Source of the DNA: Paramecium tetraurelia
Lineage: Eukaryota
Direction: 5' to 3'
Length of the DNA: 64,000 bases
Assembly: GCA_000165425.1 (NCBI GenBank)
Contig: CT868020.1
Location: forward strand, 62,001 to 126,000
Positions 13,331 through 27,558 of this stretch are shown here, piece after piece. How positions within the stretch are numbered: position 1 is the stretch's first letter; every line of letters starts with the position of its first letter. A model generated the notes under the pieces. It was not told where the DNA came from, did not search any database, and saw only the letters and a program-made list of their open reading frames with translations. A program made the translations under genes and the position numbers.

Positions 13331-15413
13331 AAACTCAATATTGCAAATTCTATTTACGGTATCCTCTTAGGAACAATCCATGACATTTATTTGTTAAGAT
13401 GCTGAAAAAAATAGAAGTATTCCCATCCACTTATTATCAACCTTTACACTACATTTCATCATTATACTTTACTAGGATCTTGCAAACATATTTTTGATGT
13501 TTTTATATATTTTTTTTTCATTGGATTAAAAAATCATAATATACTTTTTTATATTGAATTTAAGTTTTAGATTTCTCTTAATTAACATATTAGAGATCCT
13601 AATAGAATGATCTATCAGGATTCAAAGGGATAATACCAGGTATATTTTAATTTTTTTCACTTCTATAACAAATATTTTTAATCTTTGTATTGACATCGAA
13701 ATTACATATTAGGTAGTTAATGAAATGTTATGATCATTCATTAATTGTAAACTAGATTTAATAAGATGGATAAGTAAATTCTATTTAGGAAGGATGTTTT
13801 TGTGGTATTTGCCTTTTAACTAAATTTTAATTTTAGGTTTAAATAAATAATTTTGGTTGTTGATTAACACACGTCGAGGACCTCCTCAAAATCAAGAACT
13901 TTCAATTTTTCAGGAAATTCTAAATAACCTTACATACCAATTTAATGCTCTCCATAATCTGCCATGTTTCGTTACAAATTCGTTCCCACCTTACTATCTG
14001 TAAAAATTATTTTTTAGTTAATATAATATTGAGAAGAAGTATTCATTACTGCTAGCTTAATTAATATCTAATATCTTCTCTTTTGGTGTTTATTAAGATG
14101 CATTAATTAAAAGCATGAAAAGATTTGACATCTATTTTAATTTCAAAATATCAATTATGAATTTTAAATATAAATCTAAATCTCAAAATAAATAATTTTG
14201 GATTAATTCATTAATTAAGGAGAAGAATGTCTGTTTCAATATAAGAGACCAATTCAGTAGTGGATCAGAAGATTCTACATACTATTAAACAATAATTAGA
14301 GCATATTCTTCCAATAAGTGGATGTGCAGCATTTAAAACAAAATTTTATTTTATATAAAAATATAAAAAAATAATTTATGCCATAGGGAAAGATTTACCA
14401 TAAAAAGTTTGTCGTAAAATAGGCCAAAAGTTCATACAAAAAAAATAAATAAATATTAGTTTATTTTGGATAAGGATTATTTCTATTTTAGGGTTTAAAA
14501 ACATACATTGATGCATATATTATAAAGAAGAACTCAATTAGTAAATGCCTATTTATAGTGAATAAATAAATAAATGTTGACAGTTTTTAATATGAAATTG
14601 GTGTGATAGGTAATAGTTTGGCGTAGAATATAAAAAGTTTAAAAGTAAAATTGAAAATTTAAATAAAAATTGAATTAGAAATAAACTACTTTAAAATTTG
14701 TAACATTTATAGAATGTCAAAATGGTTCTACTTTAGTTTCAACTGATGGAATACAATTAATGGATTAAGTAAGAAAGTGTCATCAACCAAGGTTTATGAA
14801 CCGTAAATGCAAATCTGTAGAGTATTACGTCTATATCAAGCATCTTTTATAATAATTATTCGACCTTATTAATCTTCCTAAAAAATGACAATATTTGGTT
14901 AGAATATTAGCAGTTCTTGTCAAAGTGATATAATAAACTGTAAATAATTGATAATGAAATTATCACTAAAATTAAAAAGTTCCATCACAAAAGAGCTTAT
15001 ATTGTAATAATTCCAATCTATTCTAACTCAATAATGAGGAATCTGAAGGATGTTTTATTTCTGATTTAAAAGTTTGAAATAGAAAAAAAAAATGAAATTC
15101 TTTTCTTGCTTAATTGAATGGGAAAATGTCGATGTTGGAACGAAAAATAATACTATGTTAATTTATGCCAAGTTTGGAATATATTAGGGAGAACAATATT
15201 CATTAATTTTAATTTTTTTTATTGTTAACAGAAGATATCATCATATTAATAAATAAATGGCCCAAAGAAAAAAATCAATGGTTGTTTCAATCAATGCTAT
15301 AGATTTGAGATAACGGAGGATTCCTAAGACATTTCATATAATATCTATTATCTATATCATCTATTGAAGGTAGTAGAATATTAATTGCTATTGTAAAACT
15401 ATAATTATTTTTA

Positions 15414-16508
15414 ATGTTAAATTCCGTAAAACAAGATCTATTCTCTAATCAAGATATTAGTTAAGATCCTCCGTAAGACTAAAATTTAAGTCTTTCTGAA
15501 CCAATATTTGAAGATTTAAAAGGTATTCTTTTAAAATATCAGATTTATAATGTGTTCATCCAGAACATTAAAAACCTGTTTAGATAGTTATACTTGATGT
15601 AAACCTATAATAAAAGGAAAGATTTTTATGTGAGATATGTTTAAGAGATTAAGATTTGAATAAAAAATCAATCGGAATATAGAGAGCATTTATATAGACT
15701 TTATAACATTATTAACAGAAAAAGGAATTAAGAGAAGTAGTCCTTATGAAAAACATTAATTAACTTGAATAATTGATAAACAACTTCATATACCTTGAAA
15801 ACGATAGTAAACTAAAATATGGACGAAATGATTGAAGCTTCAAGAAATTGGATTAAAAATTTGAAATCAATCAAATCATAATAATTTTAATTTTATGATG
15901 AAATAGAATGTCTAATACATTCCAAATAGAATATGGAAATAGAATAAATAGCTCAAGAAATAAAAACATTGAATAAATCCTGGATTCCAAAGTTTCAAAA
16001 AAAATTAAAATTTTTTTCCTCCTTTTCCCCTTATCCTGATTGCAAAAATATATTGAACAATTTGACAGAGGATATAAAGAATTTAGGAAACTAAGTTGGT
16101 CCTAAAAAGTAAGAATAATAACGGGTAGGGATCGAACAGATTTCTCAGAATAAAGTCAAAAATTCATATGAAATCCCCAAAGATATTGTAGGGCCCCCAT
16201 TGCTTCCTAAATCTTAAACCTGTTATGTTCCAACATATATAAATAATCCTACAGAAAAACCCACATATTATCATAATTAAAAACCTCAAAATTATGAATA
16301 GAAACCTTATGTCTATTATCAATAGTATGAATAGAAACCTTAAGTTTAACCCTAAAAGATTCCATAAAATCCTACAGTCTAATCCTTAGGGTATCCATAG
16401 AATCCTTAAGTCTAATCTCTAGGGTATCCTCCTTCTAAACCTTAAGATTATAATAATTTACAATATTCAACTAAACCTAACAAATATTGGTGTGAGAAAT
16501 TAATATGA
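15414..16508 (+). CDS. Paramecium C-x2-H...LC-x2-C N-terminal domain protein with Pro/Gln/Tyr-rich tail
   Basis: CVHPEHQKPVQIVILDVNLQQKERFLCEIC, coiled region, low-complexity QSLGYPQNPQV tail; 20-nt intron ending CAG; start codon uncertain. Confidence 0.65.
16293..16430 (+). repeat. 33-bp period coding tandem repeats
   Basis: tatgaatagaaacctta at 16293 and 16326; ccataaaatcctacagtctaatccttagggtat / ccatagaatccttaagtctaatctctagggtat at 16362 and 16395. Confidence 0.8.
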
Positions 16509-16515
16509 TTTCATT

Positions 16516-17165
16516 TCAAAAATAGTTTTTTTTATTACTTAGTTTTTTATTAGTGCATTTTTCGACCTTTAATATATACCTTTCTATTTTAAATTTAATT
16601 CTTCCACTGGTAACTATGATTGAAGTGTCCATACTTTTCCAAAATGATTTTATCATAAATACTAATTCATTTAAATGAAATAAAAATTGTTTAGCTGATT
16701 TCAATTTTAAAACTCTTCTTCACTTTTATAAATCCTCATCTGAAAAATAGAAAATGTCCTTGTTCAAATTGATTATCCTTAAATCGACAATTTTACATAT
16801 TCCACTCTTTAAACTTTGCTGTATATATTGAAACCTAACATCTAAACCTTTAAAAGAAATTTAATAGAATAATACCATTTTTATTTAGAGTCTTAATATA
16901 TTGAGTGGTATTCAGCAACTTTTCAAAAAGTCTTCAACTTTTTAGAATCTAGAGGATTGAAAATGATTATGATTTTGCTTTGGCTTTATGATGTTAGATC
17001 ATGAATATATTGAAATATTTTTGTTTAAGGTTGATTTCGAATATGGATTGAATGCAAACAATTTAATTCATCATCTGTTAGCGCATTTTGATAAACTTTT
17101 TTAGACTTGAGTTGATTATAATTAAACTTTCTAAAATGTAAAATAATCATCCTTACAAATTTCAT
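16516..17165 (-). pseudogene. Probable decayed gene, unknown family
   Basis: Coding-like segments and an intron remnant, but frame changes and an in-frame TGA (DEDLQK*RRVLKLKSAK). Confidence 0.35.
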
Positions 17166-17474
17166 TTTTGAAATTATTATAGAAATTTCAATTGTTTATT
17201 TTTCTAATAACTACAAATTTACAATATTCTAGCAAATATCATAAGTGTTTAAAACCCACTTCCTTCTCTTTTTAGATAAAATAATCAATACTAAATTTAT
17301 AATAAAATCTCTCAAAATAGTCAAAAGTATGGTTATCAAAAAATACTACTAATCATTAAAGTAATACCTTTTCATAAAATTATTTATTGAAAGTAAGGAG
17401 AAGATCTAGTTATTAATATTAATAATTTATTCTATTTAAAAATAAACTATAAATTACTAAAATTAATTAAATAA

Positions 17475-18536
17475 TCAATATTTGAAATCTGTCTATGATA
17501 AGAATTCGGATTGTGTTTATGTCAAATCATTTTGGCATAGTCTATAAATATATTTTAGAGCTATTTCTGTATTAACAATATTTTATTCAATTTAAATTGA
17601 CATCAAAATTTTAGTCAAATCATCAAGCTATCTAAATTTCAATAATTCCATCCTTTTTATTGTATAATAAATGCAACAATAAGCAATAGTGCTTTAATAA
17701 AATATTGTTGTGTCATAATATTATGTGACATATCTTAATAGATTTAGAGTGCATTTATATATAGCTGATATTTTCATTTTCATCAAGGAATTCTTAACAA
17801 TGTTTGAACTCATTAGTTAGAAGTATCGAAACTCCAAGTCCCGCATGATGTAATCAAAGTTCTTAAAGTAGTTTGGTATTTCTATTTGGTATTATAGGGT
17901 TTGTAAGATTTGAAATTGACATTTTGCAAGCTAATCTTCAGTCATAATTTCACCACTTATTTGTACAAGTTATGAGGCAGTCAAACAATATATATCTTTT
18001 TGCTTAGAGGCCAAACTTAAACAACTTATCCCAATGCTTAAGAGTTCTTAATTGCTGAGACTGTAGGGATACTGCTGAAGGAATTTATCAAAAATTGAAA
18101 TGGCTAAAAAATAAGTCTCATTTGATGTGCTTTCAAATGAGCCCAAAACTTAGCCTATCCAACATATTATTTTATTTCTTCCAAACTCACAAATTGAATG
18201 ATGTTTGAGAGATTCTTAGGTCTATGAGAATTAAGATTGTATTCATACATTAATGTGATCCAATTTGAGTGGATAAGACAAATGAAGATGATAATTTTGG
18301 AACCATTACATTTATTCATTTTTAGAGTATTACAATGGATTACAATCGATTTGATACATGATTTCCAATTCAAAATCATCTAGGCAGATCCACTCGAATT
18401 TAAAGTTATGTATATCCATGTAATTCACAGACGGTTTTTTCTTGGGACTAGCGGGAATAGTTTTCTGAGAAACTTAAGACTTAGTCTTCAGATTATGAGA
18501 TGAATTTTCAAGGTTTGTAATGTCAGAGAATTACAT
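17475..18536 (-). CDS. Cyclin
   Basis: Cyclin box GRNKIICWIGQV...NETYFLAISIFDKFL...LLSIGISCLSLASK...CQFQILQTLQYQI; 27-nt intron. Confidence 0.9.
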
Positions 18537-18564
18537 GTTAATTAAATTAAATTATAAAATTACT

Positions 18565-19555
18565 TCATAATTATAATTTCCCTTTCTTTTTACCATTAAT
18601 TAACTCGTAGATTTCATCATTATAATATATTTCTAATAATTATTATATTGATTTCTTCTTCCTAGTTAACACACCCATATCAGCTCCATTTTATTAAAAC
18701 AACTTAAATAATAGTGGATTCTTATATTTGATGGCTAAATGAATAGGGTAGTACCCTTTATGATTTGGACTGTTCAGAATGTTTTGAGTTATTTCCTTTT
18801 GTTTGAATAAAGATTGCAGTTCCCCAAGATCCCCCTCATCAATCAATTAAAAAAAATACTTTTAGAAGTCACTTAGTTTTGATTCCTTATATCTTTCCCT
18901 TAATTCTTACAAAGTTAATTCAGAGTCATGCAATCTTTAATTGACTACTTTTTAATTAATTTATTAGCCATCCCTTAAATTAGCTTAACTTGGTTATCGC
19001 TTAATGGCAGGAAAGTAAATAAATTATTATTAGGGTTATTTAGATTTTTAATTGGTCCTTTAAAGATCTGATATGGATGGATCTACAAGATAGGTCCCAT
19101 TAAAGACTTTGCAGGTATTCAATTTAGATTTGAGCACGATTTTGCTATTTTCATAATTTTATTCTATACAGATGATCTTCCAATTAATTGAGTTCTTGAT
19201 CTTCGTGTGAATAATCGGGTTTTTTGAAATAGAGTGGTAATCCATTAGATTTAACTTTTGGTCTAAACTAAAGGGTATTAGATATTGAAAATACTTTGGA
19301 CAATATCTTGCCTGCATCACCTTCTAATTTTTAGTTTTTGGCACTTAGAGATTTTTGCAGTACATCAAGTTCTTCATTGTTCAATTAACTTACATTTAGT
19401 AAATTCATTGAAACAATCCTTTGATCGATATTGCCACTTTTTAGATATTCCTGCAAGGCTTTTTTGTGTATTTAATACATGAGGTTCTCTCCCACATGCA
19501 ACTTATTTTTAATTTAAGGAAGTGATGATGAGGATTATAGAGATGAATTACTCAT
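18565..19555 (-). CDS. Protein with C-terminal ankyrin repeat
   Basis: NHKGYYPIHLAIKYKNPLLFKLFQQNGADMGVLT matches the ankyrin consensus; start MSNSSLQ. Confidence 0.75.
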
Positions 19556-19593
19556 TATTGTTTATATTAATGTTTATAATGATACATTTTTGA

Positions 19594-21235
<1,642 letters not shown>

Positions 21236-21538
21236 CAATTATTTATTTTATAATTATCAAATCAATATACTATGACCATTATTGATATAGAAGGGCATCT
21301 AAATCAATGTGAGTGATATAGTAAACTACTAATTTATAGATTTCCTTAAAGGTTTCAATAATTATCTCAAAACTAAATGTTTTTTAATTGGTATTTTAAA
21401 AAATAGAATAAACCAATATTTTAAACTATTTATCATTTTAGACAACACGATCCAGAATTAAATTTTAACATATAGATCGTATTAACAATTAGAGTCAGAA
21501 AATAAATATGATATAACAATAATATCTTATTATTTTCA

Positions 21539-22303
21539 TCATTTTTTAATTGAATTCCATGATTGAGGGTGAAACTCTTTGGGTAATTTAAGGAGAGGCT
21601 TTTAAAAGTTGGTTTTAATGGATGATTTCTAATGAGTAGCATTTGTTATTCTAGAAAATTAAGATTTAATTTTGGCATCTCGATCCTCCTCTGACAACTT
21701 TCCAAAGCTCCAATTTTGGTCAATTCTTGTCACTTTAGGTTAATTTAATTTTGAATTCGAGGGAACTTGAATTTCATTTGTTTGAGGAGTGGTTATTAAT
21801 GGGAATCGAGTAGAAGGAGAATAGAGTTCAGCAGATTTAGGAGGTTGCTATGGAATATTATTTGATTTTGAGGGTGACTTAGTATGCAAGAGTTTGGCTA
21901 TAAGATTTGTCTTCCTCTTGTTTTCTTCAATTAAAGTCTTATTTTTAAATTCAAGATAATGAATCACTTCCACTTATTCTTTTGGAGACATCATTCTAGG
22001 ACTAGAAATAAGAGTAGAATTAGTATAAGATTTCTTTAACTTTGCACCCTACTCTCTGCTTGTATCAGGGATTCCTCTCTTGGGTTTATTTTCTTGCATT
22101 GCATATTTTGTTAATTTATTTGGATTCATAAATTTAGTAAAAGAGTATTCTATAATAGTCGATTGGAATCTGCTCTCCCAAGATGTCTAATCATCATGAA
22201 TTAGTTCTTGAATTTGACTGGCCTTTAAAGAATCTGAGGGAAGCAATGAGGTCAGTTTCTTTGCGGATGTTGGTTGTGTGGAGATTTTTGGTTTCGTCTT
22301 CAT
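21539..22303 (-). CDS. Hypothetical Ser/Pro/Lys-rich protein
   Basis: Open code-6 frame MKTKPKISTQ...LPKEFHPQSWNSIKK-TGA. Confidence 0.7.
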
Positions 22304-22511
22304 TATCAAATATAAAAATTTTATTGAAATTAATACAAATCTAGACTCAATCCCTTGCATGTTGATGTTTATTCAATTACAATTAACTACTGACCATATC
22401 AATAAGAGTAGCTAAATGGATAGATGATTAAATAATATTATCAATACTGAATTATTTTGATCTATTTTGTATTATACAAAGTAATTTAGTTATAAATAAT
22501 AAAAACAAAAA

Positions 22512-24093
22512 TCATTGACTGAATTAGATTTGTTCTTCATATTGAGTTGATTTCTGACTGTTTTGTGAATGAAAGTGAACATAAACATATTTGGACATAG
22601 AGATAGATTCACTTTTACTATACGATTTGATTTCAGTAAAAAGTGAATTTGCAGATTCTACTTCTTGAATTCCTTCGCTTTCAGATTCTGTAGATGATTT
22701 GCTACTATCCATTTAAATGAATTTCTCTGATTTTATTTTAGGGAAGTACTATTTCTTCACCTGTTTATAGAACTTCTTAAAGTTCACATCAGAACTATCA
22801 AATAATAACCCATAAAGTGAAAACAAATCTACTAATTTCATCAATCCAATTTGAGTCCTTAGATTTTTTAAGAACACCTTGTATTTAAATGTTTTCTGAA
22901 TCGCTTTGGATATGCATTTATAGAGGAAATGCAATTATTGATTTTGGTTGATTTATGAAATCTCCCCATAATACACAATAAAAGCTACTATCTTATTGGA
23001 TTCATAGACAGATTGTATTTCCACACTGCAGTAGATACGGGATTATTCACTGTTCTTGATTCCCTGTCTCAACTATGATATCATTTCATGATACTCTAAT
23101 TTGGGAGACAGGATTAAGATTAGATCGTGTGCCAAAGTCAGGTACTCTTAAATTATACTGAATATTGGAACGTCGTGCAAGAATAGCAAATCTAAAAACA
23201 TACATAGCTTATTTTACTCACAATGGCAGTGTCTTATTTAACTCTGATATCAGAATTAGCTACAAAGTGTATCTTGTTATGACAATTCAAAATATCTATT
23301 CCCTTATCGATGATTGGCCTGTAGACTTGAGTTTCTTCAATGAAATATACTTGCTGACTAGAGGAAAGGTGTTTAAACAAAAAGCTTCCAGTCGGATCAT
23401 GAACAATCAATAGTTTATCATTCTTGATTCTCCTATAAGTCAACTCAGTTATGATATTGGGCACAAGCTATTTCACAAACTTGACTTCCTGTTGAGGAGT
23501 AATCTATTATCTATACATGGAATTTGAGTACTTCAAAATAAAATTTTATATCATAGAGAATCCTCATAATAAACGCTGTAAACGTATCTTTCAATTTAAC
23601 GATCGATTATTAATTAACATTGCTTAATTTAACTAACAATCCATCTCCTTAGTGCATTAACACAGATTCTTCAGAATTAGTTTTTGATTCCTTCGCTTAA
23701 TTATTTAATATGCTACCTCCAATTTTTAGCAAGGTGAATATACATTAACTTCAAATAATTATGACTTTTCTTAGTAATTCTTATCGTACTCACATAAAAA
23801 ATCTGTGTATTCTTGACTGACTCTATTGGAGTCTTAAGCATTAAACAAACTATTTAGACTTCCATACTTCTCTAATCTCATATTCGATTAAAGTGAAGTT
23901 CCATGTGAATTTTATACACGTTCCTATTCATTTTTTTCATTTCTTATACCACAAAGACAGAACATATAATAATTTTTATTTTTTAATAACAGAATATGAA
24001 TGGTATTGAATAATCTTGCCATGCACAATTAATGAATATAATCCTTCATTTTTAACATAAAGCCAAAATTTATGATGCTTTAATTTCCATCAT
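22512..24093 (-). CDS. Hypothetical protein
   Basis: Code-6 frame joins ORF-track pieces 23234-23464, 22749-22934 and 22524-22712; tiny introns; TGA at 22512-22514. Confidence 0.65.
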
Positions 24094-24139
24094 GGATTCC
24101 CTTTAATTAATAAATATTATAAGATTTAATTTAACCATC

Positions 24140-25243
24140 CCAAGTCGTTGTATTCTGTCTTCTGTCTTGTGAGAGAATTGATTGGCTTATTTCATCCGAG
24201 AGAATTAGAAGCTGAGTGTAAGACATCTAAAAGGAAAATATAAAAATTTACTTATAAAATCATTTTGTCAATTTCAGCCTTACAATAGAAGATTTCTATA
24301 AGATTTTTAATTGTGGAGAATGGTTTAATTAATTAGTGTTAGATTTATATTTCTAATATTTATTATGACAATACTAAAATTTACATTTGATTTAACATCC
24401 AACTTAGGATTAGATAACATTTATTAGAATAAAAGCAATGCCAAAGGAACAAAAATTTAATTCATTATATTATTAAAATTCCTAGTATATAAAAATAACA
24501 TATTCTGGAAGTAATTTAAATTTATCAAAAAATAATTGAAAATTATCAACATAAATTCAAAACACACCTGCTTAAGTATACTGAGGAATTTATAAAAGGG
24601 TTAACTAATAAGGAAGGATGTATTTAAACAGGTATCTTCAAACATTTTCTATATAATTTAAGAGAAATTTATAGTAAATACTAAAGTATAATATCAATTA
24701 TTGATCCTTTTTCTTCAAATGCTATACTAATATAAGTTCTATAGATTTTTGAAAACAGTAGAATGACTAAATCATTTTGAAATTCGCAATTTTTTATCTT
24801 TAGAAATCTCTAATAATATAGTATAAAATTATACAAGGGAGAATAATTATTATTGGAGTACTAATGTTATTTGAAGATACTATATAATTTGATTATTACT
24901 TTATTTTAAATAATATGTTAGATATATCAGATTACTAATATTAAAATTTATTGAATCTTAGAGACCTAAATTGAAGGTAAAATATTATACTAGAAATTAT
25001 ATTGCTGGAAGAAAACTTATTCTTTGAATTCCTATTCTATTAGTACTCATTAGTGAATGATAAAAAAGACAAAAGATGTTAATAATAATTGTTTCATACA
25101 GTTTGCATTCATTCATTTTTAATAAGTACAAAACTAAAATTGTTAATTAAAATGATGATGCCGAAAAGGAGGGTGTATTTTGAAAGATCACACAAAATAC
25201 TAAAATTCAATTGGAAGATACAGTGGAAGACTCTCTGGATTGA
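24140..25243 (+). pseudogene. Degraded coding remnant
   Basis: Protein-like fragments (IIENYQHKFKTHLLKYTEEFIKG; NDDAEKEGVF*KITQNTK) broken by TGAs and frameshifts. Confidence 0.3.
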
Positions 25244-25458
25244 AATAAAAAGTGAAATTCAAATTTAAATATTTATGATTTTTTGATATCTATATTTATT
25301 ATGCTCAAATTTAGCTTTTTGTGTCTGATTTCTTGAGTGCCTTGAGCAGAATAAAGAATTAAAAACAGATTTGAATCATTGGGTCGATTAGGAATAGGAA
25401 TTAGTGATGTTATTAAAAAAATTTACTCTCGAAAAACAAAATTTAAAATCTTTTAAAT

Positions 25459-26311
25459 ATGGGCAAGAGAATTAGAGCATAGAGAAAAGGAAAGTCCAAC
25501 AGTGTCTTCAAGGCTCATCAAAATTAAAGAATCGGATCTCCCTAATACAGACATCTTGATTACGCTGAGAGACACGGCTATGTAAGAGGTGTGATTTCTG
25601 CTATTCGTCACGATCCAGGACGAGGAGCTCCACTTGCTGAGGTTGAATTCAACGATCCATACAAATACAAGAAGGTCACCAAACTCTTCATTGCTCCTGA
25701 AGGATCATACACTGGCTAATACATTTATTGCGGAGCAAAAGGTAACATTAATATTTTGAATCCTAGCTTAATTGGCAACAGGAAATGTTCTCCCCATCGG
25801 ATAAATCCCAGAGGGTACAGTAGTTTGCAATTTGGAGGAACACCCAGGAGACAAAGGAGCTTTGGGAAGAGCAACTGGTTGTTATGCCACCATTATTGGT
25901 CATTCAGATGATGGAACAACCACAAGAGTTAGATTACCATCTGGTACCAGAAAAACACTCAGTGCTCTTTGCAGAGCTACAGTTGGTACTTTGTTTGAAT
26001 TTATTTTAGGATTGATTGCTGGAGGAGGAAGAACTGAAAAGCCAATTCTCAAGGCAGGTAGACAATTCCATAAATACAGAAGACTTAGAAAATGCTGGCC
26101 AAAGGTTAGAGGTGTGGCAATGAATCCAGTCGACCATCCTCATGGTGGTGGTAACTAATAACATATTGGTCATCCATCAACTCTTTCCAGATATGCCCCA
26201 CCAGGACAAAAGGTCGGTTTGGTTGCTGCCAGAAGATCAGGTCTTCTTAGAGGTGGTGCTTAACTCAAACAAATGGACGAAGATTTAGCAGCATAATAAG
26301 CAAAAAAATGA
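25459..26311 (+). CDS. RPL8: 60S ribosomal protein L8 (uL2)
   Basis: MGKRIRAQRKG...[10 protein letters not shown]...[25 protein letters not shown]; two introns. Confidence 0.98.
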
Positions 26312-27558
26312 GATTTATTATCTATAATAGTACAATAAAATTTAGGATTTAAAACAAATTTGATCCTCTATAATATTCATACTGGATCATAATCTAAGTT
26401 ATATCTTTGAATACTATCTACAAGTCATTTAATTTGAGTGGTTATCAAATTGAGTGAAATTATGAGAGAAAATAATTTAGTAAAATAGATTACTTTGTAT
26501 TATATATATATTTAAATTATAATTGTATGATTTAAATTAAATGGAGATTTAATATCCACTAGCTTCTAGCATTTCTTAACTAAGGTCTACCTATGTTGTT
26601 TTTAAATTCTAATCCTTGATGAAATATGCTAAATTAGATTTATTAAGTTTTAGTCGATTGTTTTGAATAAAGCAATTCTATTTGAAATAACATAAAATAG
26701 TATTTCCATAACCTTAGCTATTCCATAGGAACTTGATTTTAGAGAATCCTTAATCAAATGTTTCAAAAAATACAGATAAAAATTAATTAAGAAAATACTA
26801 TTCTAATAGATTTATTACCTTATAGATATAGTTATTTCAGTTTAAATAGAAAATGATTATAATCATTTGTATTGATGCAATTAATTGATATGGGGAGGAA
26901 TAGAATAGCCAATAGAAAAAATTAAGGTTAATTCTTTCTTATATCAATTAATTAATATCTGTGTATAAAAAGGAGATTTGGGAGATACTTAGACAAGTGA
27001 AAATTGTTAAAAAAGATGTCCACTAATTATTTCTAGTGATTATAGAACTATTTTATAATCTCAAAATCTCTAGAAATTATGATCAAGGAACTGTACTATA
27101 AAATATGAAAAACTCATCATAAGAGCTTGAAATATCATAGCACAAAGATGTACCGAATATTTTATTATTAATTATAATTATGTAATCTTTTAGTTATTGA
27201 AGTTTAATTAATAATCAATTTCTTCAATTTGATAGTATACATTTGTAAGAATGATGGGAATGAAATAAGGGATTGTTTGATTGGATTAAAGTATACCAAA
27301 CATAGATAGATTAGAGATCAAAGAAATGGGCCCCTTTGTTTTTAGGATTAATAAATGATAGCATATACAATTCTATAGATTAAGCCTTGGTAATTATTTA
27401 AATTTATCATAAAATTTCAGTTTGCTTCATATATTAAGACGTAATTTATTAATAAAGAATTATTCATAATAAGATCTTATTTCTATTACCAATCTTGATA
27501 ATTGAGTTATATTAATTTCCAAAAAACATAAATTTTTTTATTCTGTATCAATTATCGA

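Noticed and set aside
16293..16430. CRISPR-like or mobile repeat
   Set aside because: In-frame 33-bp coding duplications without spacers, in a eukaryotic gene.
21433..21642. ORF-track frame as the C-terminus of the 22303 gene
   Set aside because: The frame continuous from the ATG is a different one and ends at TGA 21539-21541.
25152..25330. C/D snoRNA (ATGATGA ... CTGA)
   Set aside because: The boxes are too far apart, there is no terminal stem, and the sequence reads as the end of a decayed CDS.
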